Assembly: GCA_041666325.1 (NCBI GenBank)
Contig: JBAYHC010000001.1
Span: 265,708 to 329,707, forward strand
Source of the DNA: Patescibacteria group bacterium
GTDB taxonomy: Bacteria; Patescibacteriota; UBA1384; XYA2-FULL-43-10; 1-14-0-10-43-13
Reading direction: 5' to 3'
Length of the DNA: 64,000 nt
The notes under the pieces: model-generated
The model's database searches: none
What the model was told of the DNA's origin: nothing
Seen by the model: only the letters and a program-made list of their open reading frames with translations
Position numbers and translations under genes: made by a program
Part shown: one piece after another, positions 56,034-64,000 of the stretch
Numbering within the stretch: the first letter of the stretch is position 1
How the letters are laid out: each line of letters begins with the position of its first letter

Positions 56034-56909
56034 TCATTTGTAGAGCACAGTGCCGTTCTTGTCCAGCCTAAACATAACAGTTCCTTCTCTGTCAGTCCGA
56101 AGTACAGTGCTTCCCTTTCTTTGTGCTAAATCCAAGGATTCTTGATGCGGGTGTCCATACTTATTGTCATCCCCAACTGATATTATGGAATATTTCGGTA
56201 ATACTTTTTCATACATTGCCTCATCTGCTCCATTGCTAGAGCCGTGATGTGAGACCTTCAGTATATCGGAAGCCAAACTTGATGATTCTCCTCCGGGATA
56301 ATCATCATAATGCGCCAACATCTCATCTTGCTCCTCTCTCTCTGCGTCCCCTAGAAATATTGCACACCGTTCAAAATAACAGAAACGCGTAATTTCTGAC
56401 GCATTATTCAGGTTCTCTGCGCTCTGCTCCTTAAATTTATCGCCGGGCCAAAGAAATTGAAGTTGACCATTCTCAAATGGGACAATCTCATCGAACACAG
56501 CAGGAACGAAGAGTTCTATTTTTTTGTCCCTGACCTTCCGCAGAAACTCAAGATACGCATCGCTCGTGTGTAAAACTCCAGGAGAATAAACGGCACCAAC
56601 ATCAAAGCGATCAAAAACCTTGTTTAATCCAATCAGGTGATCGGCATGGGGGTGGGTCAGAACAATAACCTCTATCTTTCTGTCAGAGAGCGGCATAGCA
56701 GCACCAAGATCAGCCATAATGCTGTCGTCAGGACCACCATCTATCAATATTTGAAAGTCTTTTTTTGATATCAAGGCAGCGTCTCCCTGACCCACATCAA
56801 AAAAATGCAAACTGACAGCGTCGCTAGCAGGGCCCTTAGCAATTTCTGTCCAAAGAAAGAAAAGAGTAGAAATCAGAACGGTGAAAATAATTTTGGTCGA
56901 GCTTTTCAT
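56034..56909 (-). CDS. ComEC C-terminal metallo-beta-lactamase domain protein (separate ORF)
   Basis: FFDVGQGDAALI...VLTHPHADH motifs; ATGA overlap with upstream ComEC membrane part. Confidence 0.75.
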   Translation of the reverse strand: MKSSTKIIFTVLISTLFFLWTEIAKGPASDAVSLHFFDVGQGDAALISKKDFQILIDGGPDDSIMADLGAAMPLSDRKIEVIVLTHPHADHLIGLNKVFDRFDVGAVYSPGVLHTSDAYLEFLRKVRDKKIELFVPAVFDEIVPFENGQLQFLWPGDKFKEQSAENLNNASEITRFCYFERCAIFLGDAEREEQDEMLAHYDDYPGGESSSLASDILKVSHHGSSNGADEAMYEKVLPKYSIISVGDDNKYGHPHQESLDLAQRKGSTVLRTDREGTVMFRLDKNGTVLYK

Positions 56910-58432
56910 CTTTTTTGCAAATGAGTCCGAAAATTACTTCTCTTCAACATGTATAGCACTATGACAAACAGCGCCAAAACAATCATGCCAAAAATGACTA
57001 TACTACCCCCTCCGATCTCGACTGCTGCGAATGGAACCTTGGAAAAAAGTTGTACCGTCTTAAGTATGTACGTTATTGGTGCGTATGCCAGCAGAGCGAA
57101 AGTAATTCCGAGAGGTTTCCATATTAATCCAAAAAAGATAATAAGTGCGATGAAGAGCATTGAAATTGGTACCACCCACAATACAGCAATATTAGCCACA
57201 GGCGCGATGAGCGAAATTTGACCGAAATTGTAAGCAATGATCGGCAAAACCGCCACCTGAGCACCGAGTGTGTCAGCTAACGGAGCAGAAATAAATTGGG
57301 GAATTCGCTTTAATCTCCCCCTCTCAAAGAAGGTTTTGATTACTGGCGAGACATAGACTAGTCCAGTAAATGCCAAGAAAGAGAGCTGAAAACCGATGTC
57401 ATAGAAGAGCAAGAAAGGGTTCACTAATAGCATAGATACTGCCGCCAATAAAGTCAGATTTGCCTGATGAGGCTGGCGGCCAATATTTCGCCCAAAAACA
57501 ATCAATAGAGAAAATATTGCTGCTCTCACAATACTTGGCGCCGCCCCCGTCATAACTACAAACAACAACACAACGGCACCGCTAGCAAGAAACACGATCT
57601 TTCGGCCAAACCACAACAATAACAACTCCGACAGGGCGACAACTATGATTGTGACATTGAACCCACTCAGGGCCACAATATGAGTTAGTCCGGTCTTGGC
57701 AAGATCGTCCCTGAAGACTTGGGGGATCGACCTCTTCTGCCCCAACAGTATGCCTGAAGCTAGCGACGAGTGTGGTTCCGGTAAGGAAAAATTAAGAACA
57801 TAGTCCATGCGGTCAATAATTCGATACAACCCTCGCCAGACCCGCTGCTTCAATCCGCGTGCTCGGTGAGCGCCAAGAACTGCTGGCCTCTCCATTGTGC
57901 CATAGACCGGATATTTCTTTAGATATCTTCCGTAATCAAAATCGCTATACTTCTCTGGCTTGCTGATCTGACCCCGAAGCGATAAATCGTCACCATACTG
58001 AATATCATGCTTCCCAGGCAGACTGACTAGCAACATCCTGCCACGGTATCCCTCTGATAGTCCATTTTCTATGTTATCAACAGAGACAATTATCTTCTGC
58101 AAGCCCTCATCTCTTTGGGGCTTTGAGACTACCCTTGCCAGTATTGTCGTTTCGGTACCGTACGCCCAAGTAGCACTCGTTTTTCGCTCAAAATCAGCCA
58201 GATAAAAGACGCCCAGTAAAAAGAACAAGACGGAGACTGTGACAAGTATAAGTACCCCATTCCTGAGCAAAACATTGGCAAAGAGAACAACCAAAATCCA
58301 GCAGAATATATTCAAAAACAAGATTCGAGAAAACTGAAAGTTGTCTCCTAATGCCGAAGCAACGACAATTCCACTCAAAAAGAAAAGGGCATACAACATA
58401 AATTGAAGTGCTTTTGGCATAGATTTTGTCAT
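56906..58432 (-). CDS. comEC: ComEC/Rec2 DNA-uptake channel, membrane (DUF4131 + competence) part
   Basis: LTHIVALSGFNVTII core motif, ~10 TM. Confidence 0.8.
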   Translation of the reverse strand: MTKSMPKALQFMLYALFFLSGIVVASALGDNFQFSRILFLNIFCWILVVLFANVLLRNGVLILVTVSVLFFLLGVFYLADFERKTSATWAYGTETTILARVVSKPQRDEGLQKIIVSVDNIENGLSEGYRGRMLLVSLPGKHDIQYGDDLSLRGQISKPEKYSDFDYGRYLKKYPVYGTMERPAVLGAHRARGLKQRVWRGLYRIIDRMDYVLNFSLPEPHSSLASGILLGQKRSIPQVFRDDLAKTGLTHIVALSGFNVTIIVVALSELLLLWFGRKIVFLASGAVVLLFVVMTGAAPSIVRAAIFSLLIVFGRNIGRQPHQANLTLLAAVSMLLVNPFLLFYDIGFQLSFLAFTGLVYVSPVIKTFFERGRLKRIPQFISAPLADTLGAQVAVLPIIAYNFGQISLIAPVANIAVLWVVPISMLFIALIIFFGLIWKPLGITFALLAYAPITYILKTVQLFSKVPFAAVEIGGGSIVIFGMIVLALFVIVLYMLKRSNFRTHLQKR

Positions 58433-58511
58433 GTACCACCGGCCATTGCCTTTAATTTGAAGTTAGGGTAATATTTTTCTGAAATCAGATAAATGCTAAC
58501 TATAAGCAAAG

Positions 58512-58677
58512 CCTTTAACGCCGTGTATCAAGTCACATTACTTTATATCTTGTTATAGTCGACCAGGGGCCTTCTTTAACGCACTGTATCAAGCTGCATT
58601 ACTTTATATCTTGTTATAGTCACTTCGTTCCTTTAACGCCGTGTATCAAGTCACATTACTTTATATCTTGTTATAGG
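58512..58677. repeat. Three tandem ~59-nt copies of CCTTTAACGCCGTGTATCAAGTCACATTACTTTATATCTTGTTATAG(TC); reverse-complement relatives of the ATAACAAGATATAAAG dispersed repeat; last copy ends 10 nt before grpE ATG
   Basis: Read directly. Confidence 0.65.
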
Positions 58678-58687
58678 ATAGTAAAAA

Positions 58688-59188
58688 ATGAACAAAAAAG
58701 ACACATCCTCCATGAATGAACAAAGTGAACCCAAAACCAGCCCCGAGATAGAAGAACTCAAGAACAAGATCGACGACCTAACCACCGGCTGGCAAAGAAC
58801 TCAGGCCGACTTTATTAATTTCAGAAACCAGACAACCCGAGAACGCTCGCAACTGGCCAAGATCGCCAAAGCAAGTCTGATCGAAGAAATTTTGCCGGTT
58901 CTCGATAACTTTGCCCTAGCCGCAAAACATCTCCCCGAAGAACTTAAGAACAATAGCTGGGCTCAAGGGGTACAGCAAGTCGAAAAACAGCTGGAGGCAA
59001 TTCTGACAAATGAGGGCTTGGATAAAATTAAAACTATTGGCGAACAATTTAATCCTGAGCTTCATGAGGCCATCGAAGAAGTTGAATCAGACAAGGCCGT
59101 AGATGAAATTATTGAAGAAATTGCAGCTGGATATAAATTTGACGACCTTATTGTTAGGCCAGCAAAGGTGAAAATCTCAAAAGGCTAG
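58688..59188 (+). CDS. grpE: Nucleotide exchange factor GrpE
   Basis: Coiled-coil N-terminus + LPVLDNF...GYKFDDLIVRPAKV. Confidence 0.85.
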   Translation: MNKKDTSSMNEQSEPKTSPEIEELKNKIDDLTTGWQRTQADFINFRNQTTRERSQLAKIAKASLIEEILPVLDNFALAAKHLPEELKNNSWAQGVQQVEKQLEAILTNEGLDKIKTIGEQFNPELHEAIEEVESDKAVDEIIEEIAAGYKFDDLIVRPAKVKISKG

Positions 59189-59517
59189 TAAAATTCCCCT
59201 ATTGCATAGTAGGCCTGACGCCATGTCGTTGCTGTCATTCCTGCTAACAAAAAGAAGTGGACGGGTAAAACTAAGTACCGGCTGCTTTGTTTTGATGTTT
59301 CTACCAACACATGTGCAACCACGTCACCGCTTGCCACGCTTGATCAAGAAAAGACAGCGATTGTGGTCGCAGCCGAGATTTTTAGCTACAATCCAACCCG
59401 GACGATCACATAGAGGCAAAAATTTCATTGAAAAACCAGAAGACCAGAATTGTTTTAGCTAATATTCAGCGCATCAATGTTCACGCACCGAATAATAACC
59501 TGAAGCGAAGACGGGGG

Positions 59518-59552
59518 TTGACAAGATGTAAAGTTTACTTTACATTTGTAAT
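59518..59552 (+). promoter_or_regulatory. dnaK promoter TTGACA-17-TACATT with a perfect 8+8 inverted repeat ATGTAAAG-ttta-CTTTACAT embedded in the spacer/-10 (candidate heat-shock repressor operator, not CIRCE/HAIR/CtsR consensus)
   Basis: Read directly; 58-nt leader to dnaK ATG with GAAGGAGAG RBS. Confidence 0.45.
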
Positions 59553-59610
59553 GAAACTATCGGACTTGTACGTCCTGTAGGCATAATTAGTCCTAGAAAG
59601 AAGGAGAGCA

Positions 59611-61476
59611 ATGGGTAAGATTATTGGCATAGACTTAGGCACAACATTCTCTGCCGTGGCCGTAATGGAAGGTGGCGAAGCAAAGATAATTCCCTCTACC
59701 GAGGGGACAAGAACCACACCATCGATGGTAGCAGAAACAAAAAAGGGAGATAGATTGGTTGGCGTTCTGGCTCGCCGGCAGGCGGTCACAAATGCCGAAA
59801 ACACGGTTTACTCAATCAAGCGCTTTATCGGACGAAATTTTAGCGACAAAGAAGTTCAGGATGAGATAAAAAGAGTTCCTTATCAGGTCAAGAAGGCATC
59901 AGACAGCTCTGTTCGGGTCGTAATGAACAACAAGGACTATAGCCCGCAGGAAGTTTCTGCCTTTATTCTGCAAAAACTTAAAAACGACGCCGAAACATAC
60001 CTTGGCGAAAAAGTTACCGAGGCTGTGATTACTGTTCCTGCGTACTTTAACGACTCACAACGTCAGGCGACCAAGGATGCAGGAAAGATTGCTGGCCTTG
60101 AGGTTAAGAGAATAATCAACGAACCCACAGCCGCAGCACTCGCGTATGGCCTAGACAGGAAAAAAGAAGAAAAAATTGCCGTCTATGACCTTGGCGGGGG
60201 CACATTTGATATTACTATCCTTGAACTGGGTGACGGAGTATTCGAGGTAAGATCAACCAGTGGTGATACGCACCTTGGTGGAGATGACTTTGATCAAAGA
60301 ATAATGTCTTATGTCATCGACGAATTCAAGAAAGATCAGGGTATAGATCTTCATAACGACAAAACAGCGATCCAGAGAGTCAAAGAAGCAGCCGAAAAAG
60401 CGAAAATTGAACTTTCCACAACCAACGAAACAGAGATCAATCTACCCTTCATCACAGCTGACGCCTCTGGTCCAAAGCACTTGCAAATGACAATTACTAA
60501 GGCAAAGTTTGAAAGCCTTGTTGCTGATTTGGTTGAACGAACTCTGAAGCCATGCGAGACAGCCCTCAAGGATGCTGGACTATCAACGTCTGAAATCAAT
60601 GAGGTAATTCTGGTGGGGGGACAAACGCGAACACCGGCGGTCCGAGATGCAGTTAAGAAATTCTTTGGCAAAGAACCAAATCAATCAGTCAACCCTGACG
60701 AAGCTGTGGCATTGGGAGCAGCCATCCAGGGCGGTGTCTTGGGCGGAGAAGTCAAGGACTTGCTTCTGCTCGATGTCACACCACTCTCTCTTGGCATAGA
60801 AACCCTCGGCGGAATTGCGACTAAGATCATTGAGAAAAACACCACTATCCCTACCTCAAAATCACAAGTTTTCTCTACTGCGGCCGACAATCAAACTCAG
60901 GTGGACATCCATGTCTTACAGGGTGAGCGAGAGATGGCTGCCGACAGTAAAACTTTAGGGCGCTTTATCCTCGACGGCATTCCTCCTGCACCGCGAGGCG
61001 TTCCTCAAGTTGAGGTCAGCTTTGACATTGACGCCAATGGCATCGTGCATGTTTCAGCACGAGACAAAGCCACGGGGAAAGAACAAAAAATTACCATTAC
61101 GAGTACCTCGGGTCTTTCAGACGATGAGATAAAGAAGATGACCGAAGAAGCAGAGATTCACGCCGACGAAGACAAGAAGAAAAGGGAATTAATTGAGGCT
61201 CGCAACCAAGCCGACTCTCTGATCTATACCTCAGAAAAAACAATTAAGGACATTGGAGACAAGGCTGATTCCAACTTGAAATCCGACGTTGAAGAGAAAA
61301 TCAAGACACTCAGGGAAGTCAAAGATCGCGATGAAGTAGAAGAAATTAAAACCCAAACAGAAAACCTGAGCAAGTCCCTTTCTGAGCTCGGAGCACAGAT
61401 GTATCAACAATCTGGCAATGCGCAAGCAGAGAACACTCCAGAGAACCAGGGAGAGGAAAATAAAGATCAAGAGTAG
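59611..61476 (+). CDS. dnaK: Molecular chaperone DnaK (Hsp70)
   Basis: [24 protein letters not shown], full-length Hsp70. Confidence 0.9.
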   Translation: MGKIIGIDLGTTFSAVAVMEGGEAKIIPSTEGTRTTPSMVAETKKGDRLVGVLARRQAVTNAENTVYSIKRFIGRNFSDKEVQDEIKRVPYQVKKASDSSVRVVMNNKDYSPQEVSAFILQKLKNDAETYLGEKVTEAVITVPAYFNDSQRQATKDAGKIAGLEVKRIINEPTAAALAYGLDRKKEEKIAVYDLGGGTFDITILELGDGVFEVRSTSGDTHLGGDDFDQRIMSYVIDEFKKDQGIDLHNDKTAIQRVKEAAEKAKIELSTTNETEINLPFITADASGPKHLQMTITKAKFESLVADLVERTLKPCETALKDAGLSTSEINEVILVGGQTRTPAVRDAVKKFFGKEPNQSVNPDEAVALGAAIQGGVLGGEVKDLLLLDVTPLSLGIETLGGIATKIIEKNTTIPTSKSQVFSTAADNQTQVDIHVLQGEREMAADSKTLGRFILDGIPPAPRGVPQVEVSFDIDANGIVHVSARDKATGKEQKITITSTSGLSDDEIKKMTEEAEIHADEDKKKRELIEARNQADSLIYTSEKTIKDIGDKADSNLKSDVEEKIKTLREVKDRDEVEEIKTQTENLSKSLSELGAQMYQQSGNAQAENTPENQGEENKDQE

Positions 61477-61582
61477 CAGCGCCAGACCACAACGCCAGTA
61501 GACAATCTGCCCCCTTTAGTTTAGTATACAAGTAATTAAATGGAGGGGACCGATCCTGTCTGCTGGCAGGTGGTTCTGAGCT

Positions 61583-62245
61583 ATGGATAACTCTAAGCGC
61601 CCAGTTTTCTTAGGAATTCTCGGCATTGCAATAGTTATTACTATCGTCTGGCAAGTAGTTAATCGACGGTCAGACGAAGCAAAACAGACCGACACCACTG
61701 GAGAGACAGCAACCCAGCAAATTCTGAATATTACAAACGTAGATCCGGCAGACTTTGACTCCATCATCGAACAAGAATTATCCCTAGCGAATATTAAGGC
61801 AACAAACGACAACCCCAAAAACAAATTGGCCGCGGTGATTATCGAGCTACCGGCAGATTTGGCACCGAACAATGGCACAGTACGCTATATATATTCATCA
61901 GATGATGACCAAGAAAACAACTGGATGATTACGATCAGTCAGGCTAATAGCAGATACATCCGTGCCAGTATCCCCAAGGAAGATTACCTGGGCGACCTTC
62001 GCTCAATAAATCTCCAATTATGGAAATTTAACTATGTTACCGCCCTAAAAATTGCCGAGAATAACGGCGGATTGAAATGGCGTGAAAGCAACGACCTGTC
62101 CGGTATCAAATTATCACTACAACACCTTGCGCCCCAAAACTGGCTACAATGGATAGTCGAATATAGCGGCCCCACTGGCACGTTTGTCAAGAACATTGAT
62201 GCCAACTCAGGACAGGTCATCGAAGCAACAACCGAGAATCAGTAA
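61583..62245 (+). CDS. Membrane-anchored hypothetical protein (N-terminal TM, 190-aa extracytoplasmic domain) located between dnaK and the J-protein gene
   Basis: ORF with AGGTGG RBS; no recognisable domain. Confidence 0.5.
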   Translation: MDNSKRPVFLGILGIAIVITIVWQVVNRRSDEAKQTDTTGETATQQILNITNVDPADFDSIIEQELSLANIKATNDNPKNKLAAVIIELPADLAPNNGTVRYIYSSDDDQENNWMITISQANSRYIRASIPKEDYLGDLRSINLQLWKFNYVTALKIAENNGGLKWRESNDLSGIKLSLQHLAPQNWLQWIVEYSGPTGTFVKNIDANSGQVIEATTENQ

Positions 62246-62260
62246 GAAATATTTCTATCG

Positions 62261-62887
62261 ATGACAAACAACAAAGACCCCTACGCAATATTGGGCGTTT
62301 CAAAAAACGCTACTGCAGAAGAGATTAAAAAAGCTTATCGCAAACTAGCACTACAACATCATCCTGATCGCGGCGGCGGCAAAGAGGCTGAAGAAAAGTT
62401 CAAGGCAATTAATAATGCCTATGAGGTTCTCTCTGACCCGCAGAAACGAGCACAGTATGACCGTTTTGGTGATGCTGCGTTCAATGGTGCTGGCCAGGGT
62501 GCAGGCGGTTTTGATTTCTCTGGCTTTCAAAGAGGATCCTCTGATTTCTCCTTCTTTGGAGGATTTGGGGATATTTTTGAAGATTTTTTCGGACAAACTC
62601 TTTCGCAGGTTCAAGCCGAGATTCACATTACACCTGCACAGGCAGTACTGGGTGAGAAAATAGATATGTCTATAGGCGGCGAGAATATTTCTATCACAAT
62701 TCCACCAGGGACTCAATCAGGCACCTCTTTTCGCATTCCCGGAAAAGGGCGGGTTTTCCGTGGAACACAACGCGGGGATTTAATTCTGACGATTAAGATC
62801 GATCTGCCAAAGAACTTATCCAAAGAGCAAAAAGAGCTCTGGGAAAAGTTGCGCCAAGCCGAGAAGAAAAAGCGCGGCTGGTTCTAG
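62261..62887 (+). CDS. J-domain co-chaperone, DnaJ/CbpA-like but lacking the CxxCxGxG zinc-finger region (J domain + G/F region + single C-terminal substrate domain)
   Basis: [35 protein letters not shown] (HPD), GF-rich linker, [22 protein letters not shown] tail. Confidence 0.75.
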   Translation: MTNNKDPYAILGVSKNATAEEIKKAYRKLALQHHPDRGGGKEAEEKFKAINNAYEVLSDPQKRAQYDRFGDAAFNGAGQGAGGFDFSGFQRGSSDFSFFGGFGDIFEDFFGQTLSQVQAEIHITPAQAVLGEKIDMSIGGENISITIPPGTQSGTSFRIPGKGRVFRGTQRGDLILTIKIDLPKNLSKEQKELWEKLRQAEKKKRGWF

Positions 62888-62896
62888 AGCAGAAAA

Positions 62897-62930
62897 AAAA
62901 GAGAGCAGCAGAGAGCAGGCTCTCTTTTTT
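62897..62930 (+). terminator. Rho-independent terminator AAAAGAGAGC-loop-GCTCTCTTTT + TT
   Basis: Read directly. Confidence 0.65.
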
Positions 62931-62978
62931 CATTTACAGTCAACATCTTTTACTCCATAATTACCCGCCGCCATCTGG

Positions 62979-63007
62979 TTGACAGGTCTCAACTAATCAC
63001 CGATAAT
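62979..63007 (+). promoter_or_regulatory. Putative promoter TTGACA-17-GATAAT
   Basis: Read directly. Confidence 0.4.
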
Positions 63008-63065
63008 AGAAAGTGAAAATAAAAAGTAGAGCCATGGCAATTATACCTTGGCTTAGGAGGGTTGG

Positions 63066-63566
63066 ATGCCACTTCCCACATGGGATGTCTTTATAGGCTT
63101 GATATTTCTAGTTGGCATTGCCTATGGTTTTATTTTACGTCGTGACAAAACCATAGCGACTCTCTGCTCTGTTTATATCGGCCTGGTCATCGCAACGAAT
63201 TTTTCGCAAACACTCTTTGACTTTTTCAATGGCAACAAGGTAATAGCCAACCAGCTCTGGATCCGATCCAGCACACCACTACCAATTATTGCTATTATTC
63301 TATTTTTGATCTCAATCATTTTCGTCTCCGGGGCAATCAACTCCTCCAACAATAGAGGTGGCGACATTTCTCCGATCGAAGTTTTTGTTTACAGTACGCT
63401 AACAGTGGCACTGATCATATCATCAGTCCTTAACTTCATGCCAGAAGAGATGCGCCTCAGTTTTTTGAAGTCATCTCACGTCGCAAATCTACTTTTCCGA
63501 TACCACTCGCTCATGGTGATGATTCCACCAATTTCCCTCGTAGTGCTTAATTTCAAAAGAAAGTAA
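63066..63566 (+). CDS. Integral membrane protein (4 TM), unknown
   Basis: AGGAGGG RBS; hydrophobicity. Confidence 0.5.
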   Translation: MPLPTWDVFIGLIFLVGIAYGFILRRDKTIATLCSVYIGLVIATNFSQTLFDFFNGNKVIANQLWIRSSTPLPIIAIILFLISIIFVSGAINSSNNRGGDISPIEVFVYSTLTVALIISSVLNFMPEEMRLSFLKSSHVANLLFRYHSLMVMIPPISLVVLNFKRK

Positions 63567-63690
63567 CCTATTAGCGAATTATGCAGATAAGCAAGTAAGT
63601 TATAATTAGTTAAACGAACCGTAAAAGTATAAACTACTACTTAGTTACTTGTCTGCCTAATAATTTTAAATAAAATATAGAGGAGATATT

Positions 63691-64000
63691 ATGGGATTCT
63701 ATGTTCGCTGGCTTATAAATGCCACTTTTTTAGCGATTATTTTTTATCTTACTCCAAGGGTCGCCTTTGAGGGCTCCGCCTCGCTCGTTGCCCTGGTTTT
63801 GGTTCTTGGGTTCATTAACGCCTCCACAAAGAGATTGCTCAAGAGCGCCTCAGTACCAACTGGCCTCCATTTCATTGCTCTTGCAGCGCTATTGGGCAAT
63901 GGCCTGTTGCTTTGGCTGGCTAGCACTGCTGGTTGGATAAGCATAGAAAATTATTCAGGAGCTCGTTTTGGACTAATCGTCTACTGGGTAATAGTGCTTA
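63691..64000 (+). CDS. DUF360 / phage-holin-family-4-like membrane protein, N-terminal part (runs off window end)
   Basis: MGFYVRWLINATFLAIIFYLTP...VLVLGFINASTKRLLK..P.GLHFIALAALLGNGLLLWLAS fits DUF360 pattern; AGGAGATATT RBS. Confidence 0.55.
   Translation, partial: MGFYVRWLINATFLAIIFYLTPRVAFEGSASLVALVLVLGFINASTKRLLKSASVPTGLHFIALAALLGNGLLLWLASTAGWISIENYSGARFGLIVYWVIVL

Noticed and set aside
58512-58677. CRISPR array
   Set aside because: Tandem 59-nt units are directly adjacent with no unique spacers and no cas genes anywhere in the window.
59202-59462. 86-aa Arg-rich ORF in the grpE-dnaK spacer
   Set aside because: No RBS, extreme basic composition, no TM/secondary-structure logic; region more likely regulatory/non-coding.

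Overview
The window is a 64 kb, low-GC chromosomal segment (roughly 40-45% GC by eye) that looks like a Candidate Phyla Radiation / Patescibacteria-type genome with a Gram-positive-style envelope. The evidence is: small gene set, an LPXTG sorting signal, an LCP-family protein, split ComEC, many short hypothetical membrane proteins, and strong GGAGG Shine-Dalgarno sites.

Housekeeping content: RNase Y (partial), tsaE-tsaB, eno-gpmI, queA and queH, ruvB, ruvA, ruvC, yebC, grpE-dnaK-(dnaJ-like), a PpiC-type foldase, and 11 tRNA genes in four clusters.

Accessory or unusual content:
- A cluster of four GsiB-like (LEA-type) hydrophilin paralogs.
- A secreted PcsB-like protein (coiled coil plus C39-like cysteine peptidase).
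- A roughly 11 kb minus-strand operon: small membrane protein, membrane protein, C39-like peptidase, a 2373-aa surface protein (LamG domain, about 30 beta-propeller-like 50-aa repeats, Fn3-like domains), and an FtsEX/MacB-type ABC pair.
- An LTD-LTD-LPXTG surface protein.
- A polyprenol-linked glycosylation trio: processive GT2, PMT/ArnT-type GT, DPM1-like GT2.
- A roughly 10 kb carbohydrate island (GT4 x3, HAD phosphatase, two APH-like kinases, GH130, GalT-like) lying between ruvA and ruvC.
- Two GC-rich (about 55-60% GC) islets next to tRNA genes that carry orphan small genes with textbook promoters.
- A dispersed 40-60 nt intergenic repeat family at five or more loci.

No CRISPR array, transposase or integrase gene was seen.
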